This document shows, piece by piece, positions 36,370 through 50,158 of a stretch of 64,000 bases of DNA (the first letter of the stretch is position 1; each line of letters starts with the position of its first letter). The translations under genes and the position numbers were made by a program. Source of the DNA: Squalus acanthias (Eukaryota); assembly GCA_030390025.1 (NCBI GenBank), contig CM059432.1, positions 140,618,001 to 140,682,000 of the forward strand, read 5' to 3'. A model generated the notes under the pieces. It had not been told where the DNA came from. It saw only the letters and a program-made list of their open reading frames with translations, and ran no database searches.

Positions 36370-37170
36370 TTTCTCCCCGGTGTCCTGACCAACATTTATC
36401 CCTCAATCAACAACTAGAACAGATGATCTAGATGATGGTCACATTGTTTTTAGTGGGAGCTTGCTGTGCGCAAATTAGCTGCCGCGTTTCCTACATTGCA
36501 ATAGCGAATACACTCCAAAAGTACTTCATTGGCTATGAAGCGCTTTGGGAAGTCCTGAGTTCGTGAAAAGGAGCTATAGAAATGCAAATTCTTTCTTTCT
36601 TTTCTTTTTTATAGGTATATTTTGGGTCAGATTAAGTTTTTCATTTTAGAAAACAATTGTTACTATTTCATCCAAAAATCTGCTGCCCGTGTCCTAACTC
36701 GCACCAAGTCCCGTTCGCCCATCACCCCCTGTGCTCGCTGACCTACATTGGCTCCCGGTCCAGCAACACCTCAAGTTTAAAATTCTCATCCTTGTTTTCA
36801 AATCCCTCCATGGTCTCGCCCCCTCCCTATCTCTGTAACCTCCTCCAGCCTCACAAACCCCCCCCCGAGATATCTGCGCTCCTCCAACTCTGGCCTCTTG
36901 AGCATCCCCGAGTTCCTTCACTCCACCATTGGCGGCCGTGCCTTCAGCTGCTGAGGCCCTAAGCTCTGGAATTCCTTCCTTAAACCTCTCCGTCTCTCTC
37001 TCCTCCTTGAAGATGCCCCTTAAAACCTACCTCTTTGACTAAGCTTTTGGTCACCTGTCCTAATATCTCCTTATACAGCTCGGTGTCACATTTTGTTTGA
37101 TAACGCTCCTGTGAAGCCCCTTGGGATGTTTTACTATGTTAAAGAATCTATATAAATGCAAGTTGTTGTT
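36370..37170 (+). mobile_element. DeuSINE 3' part (36370-36600) and L2 3' fragment (36677-37170)
   Basis: Deu core; L2 end with (ttg)n tail. Confidence 0.85.
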
Positions 37171-38034
37171 ATTGCTTTTTATCATTGTCTTATCACTGTG
37201 ACTCTCTAAATCTGAAGTTAGACTGAAAAATAAAGGGCAGTTGTTTGATTTTGAATCAAGTTCCAATCCGATGAAGCTGCTGAATTAATGCCATGTGCTT
37301 TTAAAGTTAAAGACCTCATTGATCTGGCAAAGCCTGGTACTAAAATCAATTAAAGGTTTGAAATCAGCTTCACGCTCTGTAATTATCCCACCCCAACCAT
37401 TTTTCTTTGAAGGCCTAATTTGATTTTATTGCATCCATTGTTCACTGGTGTCCCTATCCTCTGCTGTAACTTTAGCCTAAATGCCCAGAAAATCCATGAT
37501 TGGTTGATTCCGAATGGACGAAACTGATCTGAAATTGACAGGACCATGACTGGGAAATAGGTCAATGCCGCCAGTGTGAAGCTGGTTCTGAGCTGAATGG
37601 GATTACAGTCCTGCCACTATCCATCTAACTCAAGTTATGCTCTTCCTCTGCAGCACCTCAGCAACGCATGCCCAAGGGGATCTTACAGTCTGCAGTCTGA
37701 ATGAATGGGTTTAACACAACCAGGCAAGCAGCCCAGAATTGGTGGTTTAACCCTAGTGGAGCTCTACACTGAAAGGACAGCTGGAAGCTCCATACTGACC
37801 TCATCCCTGAATCATATTATCATTGCTTGCTGAATCAAGTTTAGCACTGTAGATGTGATAGTTGGGAATTTACACTTTACTACGTGACTCATCAAGGTTT
37901 AATTTGTTCCGAGCACATAGATTGTAAATTATTGCATTTTTCCCTTCCCTTTTAACTCAGTGCTTTCTTGAGGGCAGAGTGCATTCTAACTGAGCAGCCA
38001 CTCCGTGTGCACTCTCAATAACGTTGCTGGATAG

Positions 38035-38450
38035 AATTACATAGAATCTTACAGCACAGAAACAGGCCATTCGGCCCAACTGGTCTGTGCCGGTGTTTAT
38101 GCTCCTCATTAGACCTCCTCCCACCCCTCTTCATCTCACCCTATCATCCTATCCTTCTATTCCTTTCTCCCTCATGTACTTATCTAGCTTCCCCTTAAAT
38201 GCATCTATGCTATTCGCCTCAACTACTCTTTGTGGTAGCGAGTTCTACATTGTCACCACTCTCTAAGTAAAGAAGTTTCTCCTGAATCCCCAGTTGGATT
38301 TATTAGTGACTATCTTATATTTATGGCCCCTAGATTTAGACTCTCCCACAAGTGGAAACACCGTCTCTACCTCTACCCTATCGAACCCTTTCATTATTTT
38401 AAAAGACCTCTATCAGGTCACCCCTCAGCCTTTTTTCTAGAGAAAAGAGC
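38035..38450 (-). mobile_element. CR1 3' fragment
   Basis: catagaatcttacagcacagaaacaggccattcggccc tail, as at ~52360 and ~61915. Confidence 0.8.
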
Positions 38451-38778
38451 TCCAATCATTTTAATGAGGAGTGAGGACGAATTTTGTGTGCAGCCTGGAC
38501 GATTTTCACCTGGCGCTAATTCACCACTATTAGTCTAAACACTGCCCATTCCTCGGCTACAACGAATTTCTAGCCCTCTGCTTCAATCCAGCTGGAGCAG
38601 AGAAAAGATTGCTTCCTGGAGGAGATCCTTGAGCTTATACTCGATGGCAAACTGTCCTGTATAATTCTGAAGGATTCTTAACTAAGGTGGTAACTGATTG
38701 ATTGCTTGGTGAGCCAATCCTCAACACACAAAGTTGTGGGAGTGATTACCGATCAGCCCTTACGTCTCTATCCTTCTC

Positions 38779-39949
38779 CAACTCTCTTCTCGATCTTCCT
38801 GGCTGCAATGCTCCATCTCACCCTCAGTAAGCTCCCCGCTGGAGTGGAGCTAATTTACAGAACAAACGGGAAACTGTTCAACCTCCGTCGCCTCCAGTCC
38901 AGATCCAAGGTCGTCCCATCCTCTGTCGTCGAACTACAGTATGCAGACGACGCTTGCGTCTGCGCTCACTCGGAGGTCGAACTCCAAACCATCGTCACCA
39001 CCTTCACCGAAGCGTACGAGAGCATGGGCCTTACACTAAACATCTGTAAGACAAAGGTTCTCTACCAACCTGCCCCCGCCACACAGTACTGCCCCCCGAT
39101 CATCAAAATCCACAACAGGGCCTTGGACAACGTGGACCACATTCCATACCTCGGGAGCCTACTGTCAACAAGGGCAGACGTCGATGACGAAGCCCAACAC
39201 CGCCTTCAGTGTGCCAGTGCAGCCTTCGGTCGCCTGAGGAAGAGAGTGTTTGAAGACCAGGACCTCAAACCCGGCACCAAGCTCATGGTCTACAGAGCAG
39301 CAGTGATACCCGCCCTCCTGTATGCCTCAGAGACATGGACCATGTACAGCAGGCACCTCAAAGCACTGGAGAGGTACCACCAACGAACGCTGCCGCCGCA
39401 AGATCCTGCAAACCCATTGGCAGGATAGGCGCACCAACGTCAGTGTTCTCGCTCAGGCCAACATCCCCAGCATCGAAGCTTTGACCACGCTCGATCAGCT
39501 CCGATGGAAGGGTCACATCGTCCGCATGCCCGATACGAGACTCCCAAAACAAGCGCTCTACTCGGAGCTCCGACACGGCAAGAGAGCCCCAGGTGGGCAG
39601 AGGAAACGCTTCAAGGACACCCTCAAAGCCTCCTTGAAAAAGTGCAACATCCCCACCGACACCTGGGAATCCCTGGCCCAAGACCGCACAAAGTGGAGGA
39701 GAAGCATCCGGGAAGGCGCCGAACACCTCGAGTCTCTTCGCCGGGAGCAAGCGGAAGTCAAGCGCAAGCAGCACAAGGAGCGCACGTCAACCCAAGCACC
39801 CCACCCACCCGCCCCTTCAACCACCGTCTGCCCCACCTGTGACAGAGACTGTAGGTCTCGCATTGGACTCATCAGTCACCTGAGAACTCATTTTTAGTGT
39901 GGAAGCAAGTCATCCTCGGTTCCGAGGGACTGCCTAAGAGAAGGAGAAG
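38779..39949 (+). mobile_element. 5'-truncated RTE-clade LINE
   Basis: LQYADD, YLGSLLS, LLYASETW, WKGHIVRMPDTRLPK and a C-terminal CPTC…H..TH finger. 9-bp TSD atccttctc (38770-38778, 39950-39958). Confidence 0.93.
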
Positions 39950-40453
39950 ATCCTTCTCTGGAGATGGCATGCTAGGGGTAGTGTTGTCACAGACGTTGGC
40001 CACTAATCACATCCGGCTAATTGTTAACCCAGATGTGGTGAATTGCATTTTTGACTTGTAAATAAAGCATGAGTAATGGCCCACTGTTTACAGCGGGCAG
40101 GTTCGTGCGAACGCGATTTTCCCGCTATATGCGATGGCCGGTATAACTCTTGAAGAAAGTTTATTTTCTCTCTCTCTCTCCCTCACCCTATCGCATTACC
40201 ACATTGCTGTTTGTGGGAGCTTGCTGTGCTGAAATCGACTGCCTCATTTCCCTACATTACAACAGTGACTACACTTCAAAAGTACTTCATTGGCTGTGAA
40301 GCGTGTTGGGACGTCCTGAGGCCGTGAAAGGCGCTATATAAATGCGCGTCTTTCTTTTTGTAACGAGCCGCCCGCAGCTCCCCGATTTCCAAACATTTGT
40401 TCTTCTTGCAAAGTTGACGTTTCCACATTTGCTTCAGCTGGACATCTCCAGAG

Positions 40454-40617
40454 CACTGTTCCCCATAAGGTGCGTGGCCGCGCGGCCGTGCACCAATCGG
40501 GAGGTCCCGCGCAGGCCACTCACCAGCTGCCGCCGCTGGAAAAGGTACCGCGCACGCGCGGCCGTGCGGCAAACTTAAAGGGACTGCGCACCAAAAAAAA
40601 AATGAGAGGGAACATTG
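40454..40617. mobile_element. hAT-type MITE
   Basis: TIRs cactgttcccc / agggaacattg. 8-bp flanks ctccagag / atccagac. An inverted copy lies at 62660-62802. Confidence 0.8.
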
Positions 40618-41417
40618 ATCCAGACAGGGAGAGAGAGAAAAAATAAGTTTACTTCGCGGGTTAAACCAGCCGCGATACTACATCAGGGTCTCCGTTTGCA
40701 CAATACTAATTCTTCGCACATCGAAGAAAAGCTATTGAAGAGCCGAACGAAGAGAAATCGGAAAGACTCTCGCAGAAAAGAGCCTCGTCCTTTTCAGCGG
40801 CAGTGACTGACTGACTGACGGTGTAAAACCGGCGGGATCGTGAATTGGGCAGCAAATTCAGAGTGCAACATGTGCAACACTCCAAAGTATGTCAAACGAG
40901 AAGAAAGGACTGGATGATGCAGAGGTGGATTTAATGAAAGAGAAAGTTTAACGAGGTGCAAACTCACGAGTCAGCCCGAAATACACGACGCTCTTAGGAG
41001 GCTCTAACCGGCAACTTTGAAATTGATGTTAACGCAAATGACTAATCGTGATTGCTTTTTGGCCGATTATAAGCAACTGCCCGTTCTAAGTTCGGATAAT
41101 TTAAGTGGTGGGGGCTGTACTCATATTCGCATGGTGTGTGCGCGTGAACTTTAACCCTTTTTGTGCGATTGTTGGTGAAATGGTAAGACAAAAAGCGGAG
41201 AGTGCGAATGTTTTACATAAGACGTAGGAGCAGGAGTCGGTCATTTGGCCCCTCGAGCCTGCTCCGCCATTCAATAAGATCATGGCTGATCTGATCTTGG
41301 CCTCAACTCCACTTCCCTGCCCGCTCCCCATAACCCTTGACTCCCTTACCTTTCAAAAATCTGTCTATCAGATCGCTGTATATGGTTTACTACCTTGGTT
41401 TCTGCTCATTGGTTATC

Positions 41418-41805
41418 AACAACAACAACTTGCATTTATATAGCGCCTTTAATGTAGTACAATGTCTCAAGGCGCTTCACAGGAGCGTTATCAATCAAAA
41501 TTTGACACCGAGCCACATAAGGAGATATTAGGGCAGATGACCAAAAGCTTGGTCAAAGAGGTCGGTTTTAAGGAGCGTCTTAAAGGAGGAGAGAGAGGTG
41601 GAGAGGTTTAGGGAGGGAATTCCAGAGCTTTGGGCCTTGGCAGCCAACCCAATAGTGGAGTGATTAAAATCGGGGATGCTCAATTGGCCAGAATTAGAGG
41701 AGCGCAGATATCTCGGAGGGTTGTGGGGTTGGAGGAGCTTACAGAGATAGGGAGGAGCGAGGTCATGGAGGGATTTATAAACAAGGATGAGAATTTAAAA
41801 TCAAG
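41418..41805 (-). mobile_element. L2 3' fragment
   Basis: (aac)n tail and L2 end on the minus strand. Confidence 0.87.
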
Positions 41806-42267
41806 GCTAAAATTATCTGTTAAAATGGTGTGTAACATGGGTGAAAATGCCGGACTTCAGCACCATGGAAACACCATGGGAATAGAGGGGGAGGGTCACA
41901 TATTTTTATTATTTTATGGTACAAGGAGCAAATAATTAATTGAATCTTGATGGAAAATTGTATTCTGTTCATTCATGTATTCTATGCAAAAGAAACCAGT
42001 GTGTTGGATCACAATTGTCTTACTAGAGTGTTTATCAGTTCACATTCGGGAAAGATAGTTGCACACACCTGACAACATGTACAAGATTATAGAGTCCAGT
42101 CCACACAACAAGGGCCCATTGTTAGATCTCTGGGTCACCGGGTAGTAAAGGGGCTCTCCAGAACTTAAGGGACATGAAGTTAGCTTCCTGGATTGCCCAG
42201 TGATGCTAAACCCGAGATAATATCTACTGCAGTCGCATAAATTTGTAACATTACATTACTCTGTATA

Positions 42268-43475
42268 TATTACGCTCTTTAATTTTGATATATTGCCAAT
42301 CCTTCAATCTGTTGGTGTTTAAATCTTATCAACAATGGATTAAACGGCATCACCCTGTAGACTAATTCAAGGAATTATAGAAAGGACCATATTATGGGAA
42401 TTGCAGTTCTTACTTTATTTCAAACAAAAAAGATTATGGGTACTTAAAGTGGGGAAAAAACACTGGGGGGTGAAATTGGACCGTGTTGCACCCATTTCCC
42501 AGGCGGAAAACAGGTGCCAAGAGGTCCTATATAGGGGGCCAATCCCCCTTGCCTGAACGATATCGGAATCACCTCCAGTGCTATATTGGTTTGGGAGCTA
42601 TAGAAGTATCCCTGACGACCACCTAATAAAAGTGTTAGGCTCCTTGAATATGCTAATAAGGGGCCTCGCGCTTGTTTTAAGACCAAAACCAGAAATTGTT
42701 TTCCCCTGAATTACGCAGCAGGGTAATTTAGTGCAGCGATCGTTTTCACTGCCACAGAGACTGCTTTCAGAACCTTGCTTCTTGACTATTCCAACACTCT
42801 CCTGGCCGGCCTCCCATGTTCTACGCTCTGTAAACTTTAGGCCATCCAAAGCTCTGCTGCCCGTATCCTAACACGCACCGAGTCCCGTTCACCCAACACC
42901 CGCTGTGCTCGCTGACCTACATTGGCTTCCCGGTCCGGCAACGCCTCGAATTAAAAATTCTCATCCTTGCTTTCAAATCCCTCCCTGGCCTCGCCCCTCT
43001 CCCTATCTCTGCAACCTCCTCCAGCCCTACAGCGCTCCGAGATCTCTGTGGCTCGGTGTCAAGTTTTGTCTGATAGCGCTCCTGTGAAGCGCCTTGGGAC
43101 CTTTTTACGATGTTAAAGGTGCTATATAAATGCAAGTTGTTGTTGTTGTTGCTGTTGCCAATACAGAAGTTTTGTAAATTCAGAGGCAGATAAGATTGTC
43201 GAGGAGATGAGATGAAGATTGGCCTGACGCAGTCAACATGTGAATCCAAACATATGGGCCCAGGAGTGAACTGCAGGATCTCGCATTTAATTTTAGTTTC
43301 TGCGAAACAAGAATGATCTGGAGCACGTTATGTGTATTACGCTCTTTAATTTTGATATACTGCCAATCCTTCAATCTGTTTGTGTTTATAGATCTTATCA
43401 ACAATGGATTAAACGCCATCACTCTGGAGAACATTTCAAGGAATTATAGCAAGGACCATATTATGGGAATTGCAG
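42268..43475 (+). repeat. Direct ~140-bp duplication (42268-42406 and 43335-43475)
   Basis: tattacgctctttaattttgata…ggaccatattatgggaattgcag occurs twice, with about 10 differences. Confidence 0.95.
42770..43152 (+). mobile_element. L2 3' fragment with internal deletion
   Basis: LADLHWLP; (ttg)n tail. Confidence 0.85.
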
Positions 43476-43664
43476 AAAGAGGGTCGTGGTCTCGTGAAAG
43501 AAGTGTTTGGCAAACCGTTCGTTTCAAGTGGCAGAAAGGCCACGTCTCATCTTCATCAGGAAGGCGTGCCGTGCAAGTGGAGCGAAGATGCAGTTTGATA
43601 CATAGAATTACAAAGAATTTAAAAGAGGGAACAGGTCCTTCGGCTCAACAGCCGGTGTTTATGC

Positions 43665-43945
43665 AGAGAGAGAAACAGAGTCAACGTTTCAGGTCGATGA
43701 CCCTTCGTCAGAACTGGAAAAAGCTGGAGATGGAACAGGTTTTTAAGCAAGTGTCGGGGCAGGAAGAGGGGGGGAGGGGAGGAAAGAACAAAAGGGAAGG
43801 TCTGTGATAGGATGGAAGGCAGGAGAGATTAAGAGACAAAAGGGATGATGGTGCAAGGCAAAAGGAGATGGTAATGGGACAAGTTAAGAAACAAAAGATG
43901 ACTCTAGATGAAGTGTAAATGGCAATGGCTGAATGATCGACAGCT
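43665..43945 (-). mobile_element. Penelope-like terminal repeat fragment
   Basis: Same module as 9702-9985. Confidence 0.7.
43679..43715 (-). ncRNA. Minimal type I hammerhead ribozyme motif
   Basis: Minus strand AGUU-CUGACGA-AGGGUCAUCGACCU-GAAA-CG-UU-GACU. Confidence 0.75.
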
Positions 43946-43949
43946 GTCC

Positions 43950-45981
43950 AACAATCTGTAACCTCATGGCCCGGCATATCCCTCACTCTACCATTACCAT
44001 CAAGCCAGGGGACCAACCCTGGTTCAATGAGGAGTGTAGAAGAGCATGCCAGGAGCAGCACCAGGCATACCTAAAAATGAGGTGCCAACCTGGGGAAGCT
44101 GCAACACAGGACTACATGCATGCTAAACAGTGGAAGCAGCATGCTTTCGACAGAGCTAAGTGATCCCACAATCAACAGATCAGATCAAAGTTCTGCAGTC
44201 CTGCTACAACCAGTCGTGAATGGTGGTGGACAATTAAACAACTAATGGGAGGAGGAGGCTCCATGAATATCCCCATCCTCAATGATGGTGGAGCCCAGCA
44301 CGCGAGTGCAAAAGACAAGGCTGAAGCGTTTGCAACCAACTTCAGCCAGAAGTGCCGAGTGGATGATCCATATCGGCCTCCTCCTGACGTCCCCACCATC
44401 ACAGAAACCAGTCTTCAGCCAATTCGATTCACTCCACGTGATATCAAGAAAAGGCTGAGCGCACTGGATACAGCAAAGGCTATGGGCCCCGACAACATCC
44501 CGGCTGTCGTGCTGAAGGCTTATGCTCCAGTACAGCTACAACACTGGCATCTATCTGACAATGTGGAAAACTGCCCAGGTATGTCCTGTCCACAAAAAGC
44601 AGGACAAATCCAATCTGGCCAATTACCGTCCCGTCAGTCTACTCTCAATCATCAGCAAAGTGATGGAAGGTGTCGTCAACAGTGCTATCAAGTGGCACTT
44701 ACTCACCAATAACCTGCTCACTGATGCCAAGTTTGGGTTCGGCCAGGACCCCTCGGCTCCAGACCTCATTACAGCCTTGGTCCAAACATGGACAAAAGAG
44801 CTGAATTCCAGAGGTGAGGTGAGAGTGACTGCCCTTGACATCAAGGCAGCATTTGACCGAGTGTGGCATCAAGGAGCCCTAGTAAAATTGAAGTCAATGG
44901 GAATCAGGGGTAAACTCTCCACTGGCTGGAGTCATACCTAACACAAAGGAAGATGGTTGTGGTTGTTGGAGGTCAATCATCTCAGTCCCAGGACATCGCT
45001 GCAGGAGTTCCTCAGGGCAGTGTCCTAGAACCAACCATTTTCAGCTGCTTCATCAATGACCTTCCTTCCATCATAAGATCAGAAATGGGGATGTTCAATG
45101 ATGATTGCACAGTGTTTAGTTCCATTCGCAACTTCTCAGAAAATGAAGTTGTCCATGCTCGCATGCAGCAAGAACCTGGATGACATTTAGGCTTGGGCTG
45201 ATAAGTGGCAAGTGACATTCGCGCCACACAAGTGCCAGGCAATGACTATCTCCAACAAGCGAGCGTCAATCCACCTCCCCTTGACATTCAACGGCATTAC
45301 CATTGCTGAATCCCCCACCATCAACATCCTGGGGGTCACCATTGACCAGAAACTTAACTGGACCAGCCACATAAATACTGTGGCAACAAGAGCAGGTCAG
45401 AGCCTGGGTATTCTGCGGCGAGTGTCTCACCTCCTGACTCCCCAGAACCTTTCCACCATCTACAAGGCACAAGTCAGGATTGTGATGGAATACTCTGCAC
45501 TTGCCTGGATGAGTGCAGCTCCAACAACACTCAAGAAGCTCGACAGTATCCAGAACAAAGCAGCCCGTTTGATTGGCACCCCATCACTCCCTCCACTACC
45601 AGCATACCGTGGCTGCAGTGTGTACCATCTACAAGCTGAACTGCAGCAACACGCCAAGGCTTCTTTGGCAGCACCTCCTAAACCCACGACCTCTTCCACC
45701 TAGAAGGACAAGGGCAGCAGGCACATGGGAACACCACCACCTCCAAGTTCCCCATCAAATTACACACCATTCTGACTTGGAAATATATCGCCGTTCCTAC
45801 ATCGTCGCTGGGTCAAAATCCTTGAACTACCTCCCTAACAGCACTGTGGGAGTACCTTCACCTCATGGACTGCAGCGGTTCAAGAAGGCGGCTCACCACC
45901 ACCTTCTCAAGGGCAATTAGGGATGGGCAATAAATGCTGGCCAAGCCAGCAATGCCCACATCCTGTGAATGAATAAAAAAA
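43950..45981 (+). mobile_element. CR1-group non-LTR retrotransposon, 5'-truncated, frameshifted
   Basis: QPWFNEEC, KAMGPDNIP, NYRPVSLLS, ALDIKAAFDRVWH, GVPQGSVL, FNDD; A-rich tail gaatgaataaaaaaa. Confidence 0.92.
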
Positions 45982-46319
45982 TATACAATTCATGCCTTTG
46001 CATTGTGTAGCTGTAAAAATGATTTGCCAAACACCATCCGTTCTCTTAAACAAAAGCACAGCTCCAGATCATCAAGTTGAAGCGAAAGGTCATTTATTTT
46101 ACATAATTTTCTCCCCTCCAACCAAGTCTAGACAAAGATCCAAAAAAGAGGATTTAGCAATTCTAAAATAATCTGTACATAACATAACCCGGCTGTTTAA
46201 ATGGGTCCGGTGCCAAGCATAAATACCACAGAGAAATTATGTCTATTTCTGTGGCTTATTTTCTAACAGACATATGCAATGACAATCACACATTTGGGTG
46301 GAGAGCTTCATGTATATCT

Positions 46320-46833
46320 CATACTCCTAGCCGGTCTCCCTCATTCTACGCTCCATAAACTTGAGGTGATCCAAAGCTCGGCTGCCTGTGTCCTAACTCG
46401 CACCAAGTCCCGTTCACCCATCACCCCCTGTACTCGCTGACCTACATTGGCTCCCAGTTAAGCAACGACTTGAATTTAAAATTCTCTTCCTTGTTTTCAC
46501 ATCCCTCCATGGCCTCGCCCCTCCCTATCTCTGTAACCCTCCTCCAGCCCCGAAACCCCCCCGAGATATCTGTGCTCCTCTAATTCTGGCCTCTTGAGCA
46601 TCCATCATTGGTGGCCGTGCCTAGGCCCTAAACTCTGGAATTCTCTCTCTAAACCTCTCTGCCTCTCTACCTCTCTTTCCTCCTTTAAGACGCTCCTTAA
46701 AACCTACCTCCTTGACCCACTTGTCCTAATATTGCCTTATGTGGCTCGGTGTCAAATTTTGTTTGATAACACTCCTGTGCCTTGGGATGTTTTACTACGT
46801 TAAAGGTGCTATAATGATACAAGTTGTTGTTGT
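46320..46833 (+). mobile_element. L2 3' fragment
   Basis: As 8654-9218. Confidence 0.87.
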
Positions 46834-47411
46834 TACAAAGTCTACACAGGTCGTGGAGTGAACACAGAAAGCAGCAACGCTGTTGATTACCTGCTTGAAG
46901 TCCCAAATTACCGCAAGGTGCAGTAATATTTTTATAACGCATTTATTTATTTGTTTTATCACCAAATATCACCCCTCTGCTTTCCTAAACGCACTGGCTC
47001 CTTGCTGGGGTACAAGTTCCAGCAGCTGATTATCAGCCTGTCTCATATCCTTCGTAACCTCCTCAAAGAGCTGGCACCTGTGCGGCGGGCTGACTGGCCA
47101 CCTTCTGCGCCGTAAGATTCTATGATCCTAGCCTTGATTCACGTCCACACACACCCATACTTCAAATCAGGAGTCACGGGATGGCTAGGAGGAGCGAGGG
47201 GCCCTAAGCCAATTTGGCCGTCTCTAACCAAACTGAAGCCAATTGTGGGTTCCCTAACATTGCCCCCAGCCAATCCACCATCTTATAAAAAATTACAAAG
47301 TGCACAAATGATTTAACAATCATTTTCTAATGAAATGATGTGCTTACACAGCACCTACGTTTCAGAAGGGAAGCAACTCAGACCCAGGAGAATATATGCC
47401 CATTAGTCCAA

Positions 47412-47855
47412 CAGTGGCTCTGTGGTAGCACCCTTGATTCTGAGTCAGTAGGTTGTGGGTTCATAGTTCCACTCCGGAGACTTGAGCACAAAAATCTAGG
47501 CTGACACTCCAGTGCAGTGCTGAGGGAGTGCTGCACTGTCGGAGGTGCCGTCTTTTGGATGAGACGTTAAACTGAGGCCCCGTCTGTTCTCTCAGGTGGA
47601 TGTAAACGATCCCATGGCACTATTTCGAAGAAAATCAGTGTCCTGGGGCCAATATTTAACCCTCAGTCAACATCGCTGAAACAGATGATCTGGTCATTAT
47701 CACATTGCTGTTTTTGGGACCTTGCTGTGCGCAAATTGGCTGCCGCATTTCCTACATTACAACAGTGACTACATTTCAAAAGTACTTCATTGGCTGTAAA
47801 GCGCTTTGGGACGTTGTGAAAGGGGCTATATAAATGCAAGTCTTTCTTTTTTTTC
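47412..47855 (+). mobile_element. Full-length Deu-domain tRNA-SINE
   Basis: Head, Deu core and tail. Confidence 0.9.
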
Positions 47856-48654
47856 AGTCTGGGAGAGGTGTTCCATGGGCTTCCACAGGAGTGAGTATCT
47901 AATCTACATTAATGGCTTGCATATCAAAACTATGTGCAATACTCCGGCAACACAAAAATAGGGGCGGCAGCAGAAACAAAGGATGTCGGAAAAGGTTTGC
48001 AGGAAGAACTTAGATCAGCTTTGTGATTGGGCAGACAATTGAAATTTACCATTGGCAAATGTAAAAAAGAAACAGTACATCATAAGATGGCCACCTTGGG
48101 CGACTGAAAAAGCGAGAATCAGAAAGGAACATTCGGTGATGCACAAATCACAAATGAGAAAGAGGAAGTAGACATTCATTTTCCTTCAAGCAAGAGCTGG
48201 ACCTGTTTCTGGCTGGGGCGAGATCACCTCTTACAAAAAATAGCTACTGCATGACATTAATCATGGCCAAAGTGATCTCCTGGACTAGCTTTGATCGCCT
48301 GGGGGGAGGGGGGGGGGTCGGAGAGGAACCCGATTTCCTTCCCCCCACTAACTGGCCATGGTATTTATCGACTTTCTCATCTCTCCCACAAGATCACATG
48401 GTTTTCGGATGGGGTGGAGAGTGTATCTATTGTGATGCAAAAAGTACCGCAATTGTGTGGGACCAGCTGCAAGGACCAGAGGATCTTTTCCTGTCCGTCA
48501 TTGTTCAAATGCATCAAGTGAAGGTCACAGTTGGGGAACTGGAACTATCTGGGTGATTGGACAGTCCCAGGTATCCTGTACTGCAGGACTTGTGGATAGC
48601 TGTCAGCTGACAACTTCATTTATCTGGGGAATCAGTCATACAAAGGATAGCCAT

Positions 48655-50158
48655 TGTTCTCTTCTTAGGCAGAACCTCTGAACCGAGGATGACTTGCTTC
48701 CACATTAAAAATGAGTTCTCAGGTCACTGCTGAGTCCAATGCGGGACCTACAGTCTCTGTCACAGGTGGGGCAGACGGTCGTTGAAGGGGTTGGTGGGTG
48801 GGGTGCTTGGGTTGACGTGCGCTCCTTGCGCTACTTGCGCTACTTGCGCTTGGCTTCCGCTTGCTCCCGGCGAAGAGACTCGAGGTGTTTGCCGCCTTCC
48901 CGGATGCTTCTCCTCCACTTTGTGCGGTCTTGGACCAGGGATTCCCAGGTGTCGGTGGGGATGTTGCACTTTTTCAAGGAGGCTTTGAGGGTGTCCTTGA
49001 AGCGTTTCCTCTGCCCACCTGTGGCTCTCTTGCCGTGTCGGAGCTCCGAGTAGAGCGCTTGTTTTGGGAGTCTCGTATCGGGCATGCGGACGATGTGACC
49101 CGTCCATCGGAGCTGATCGAGCGTGGTCAAAGCTTCGATGCTGGGGATGTTGGCCTGAGCGAGAACATTGACGTTGGTGCGCCTATCCTGCCAATGGATT
49201 TGCAGGATCTTGCGGAGGCAGCGTTGGTGGTACCTCTCCAGTGCTTTGAGGTGCCTGCTGTACATGGTCCATGTCTCTGAGGCATACAGCAGGGCGGGTA
49301 TCACTGCTGCTCTGTAGACCATGAGCTTAGTGCTGGGTTTGAGGTCCTGGTCTTCAAACACTCTCTTCCTCAGGTGACCGAAGGCTGCACTGGCACACTG
49401 AAGGCGGTGTTGGACTTCGTCATCGACGTCTGCCCTTGTTGACAGTAGGCTCCTGAGGTATGGAAAGTGGTCCACGTTGTCCAAGGCCTTGTCATGGATT
49501 TTGATAATTGGGGGGCAGTACTGTGTGGCGGGGGCAGGTTGGTAGAGGACCTTTGTCTTACGGATGTTTAGTGTAAGGCCCATGCTCTCGTACGCTTCGG
49601 TGAAGGTGTTGACGATGGTTTGGAGTTCGACCTCCGAGTGAGCACAGACGCAAGCGTCGTTTGCATACTGTAATTCGACGACAGAGGATGGGACGACCTT
49701 GGATCTGGACTGGATGTGACGGAGGTTGAACAGTTTCCCGTTTATTCTGTAAATTAGCTCCACTCCAGCGCGGAGCTTACTGAGGGTGAGATGGATATTG
49801 CAGCAAGGAAGACCGAGAAGAGCGTTGGTGCGATGACACAGCCTTGCTTGACCCCGGTCCATACGTGAACTGGGTCTGTGGTGGAACCGCTGGTCAGGAT
49901 CACGGCTTGCATGTCGTCGTGAAGCAGGCTGAGGATGGTGACAAACTTATGAGGGCAGCCGAATTTGAGGAGGACACTCCATAATCCCTCACGGTTGACA
50001 GTGTCGAAGGCCTTTGTGAGGTCAAAGAAGGCCATGTACAGCGGTTGGTGCTGTTCCCTGCATTTCTCTTGTAATTGACGCGTGGTGAAGATCATGTCCA
50101 TTGTGCCCCTTAGTGGGCGGAATCCGCATTGTGGCTCTGGGAGGAGCTCTTCGGCCAC
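48655..50158 (-). mobile_element. 5'-truncated RTE-clade LINE
   Basis: LPEPQCGFR, FFDLTKAFDTV, GVKQGCVIAP, YAND (degenerate YADD). Closely similar to 38779-39949, with one frameshift near 49800. Confidence 0.93.
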
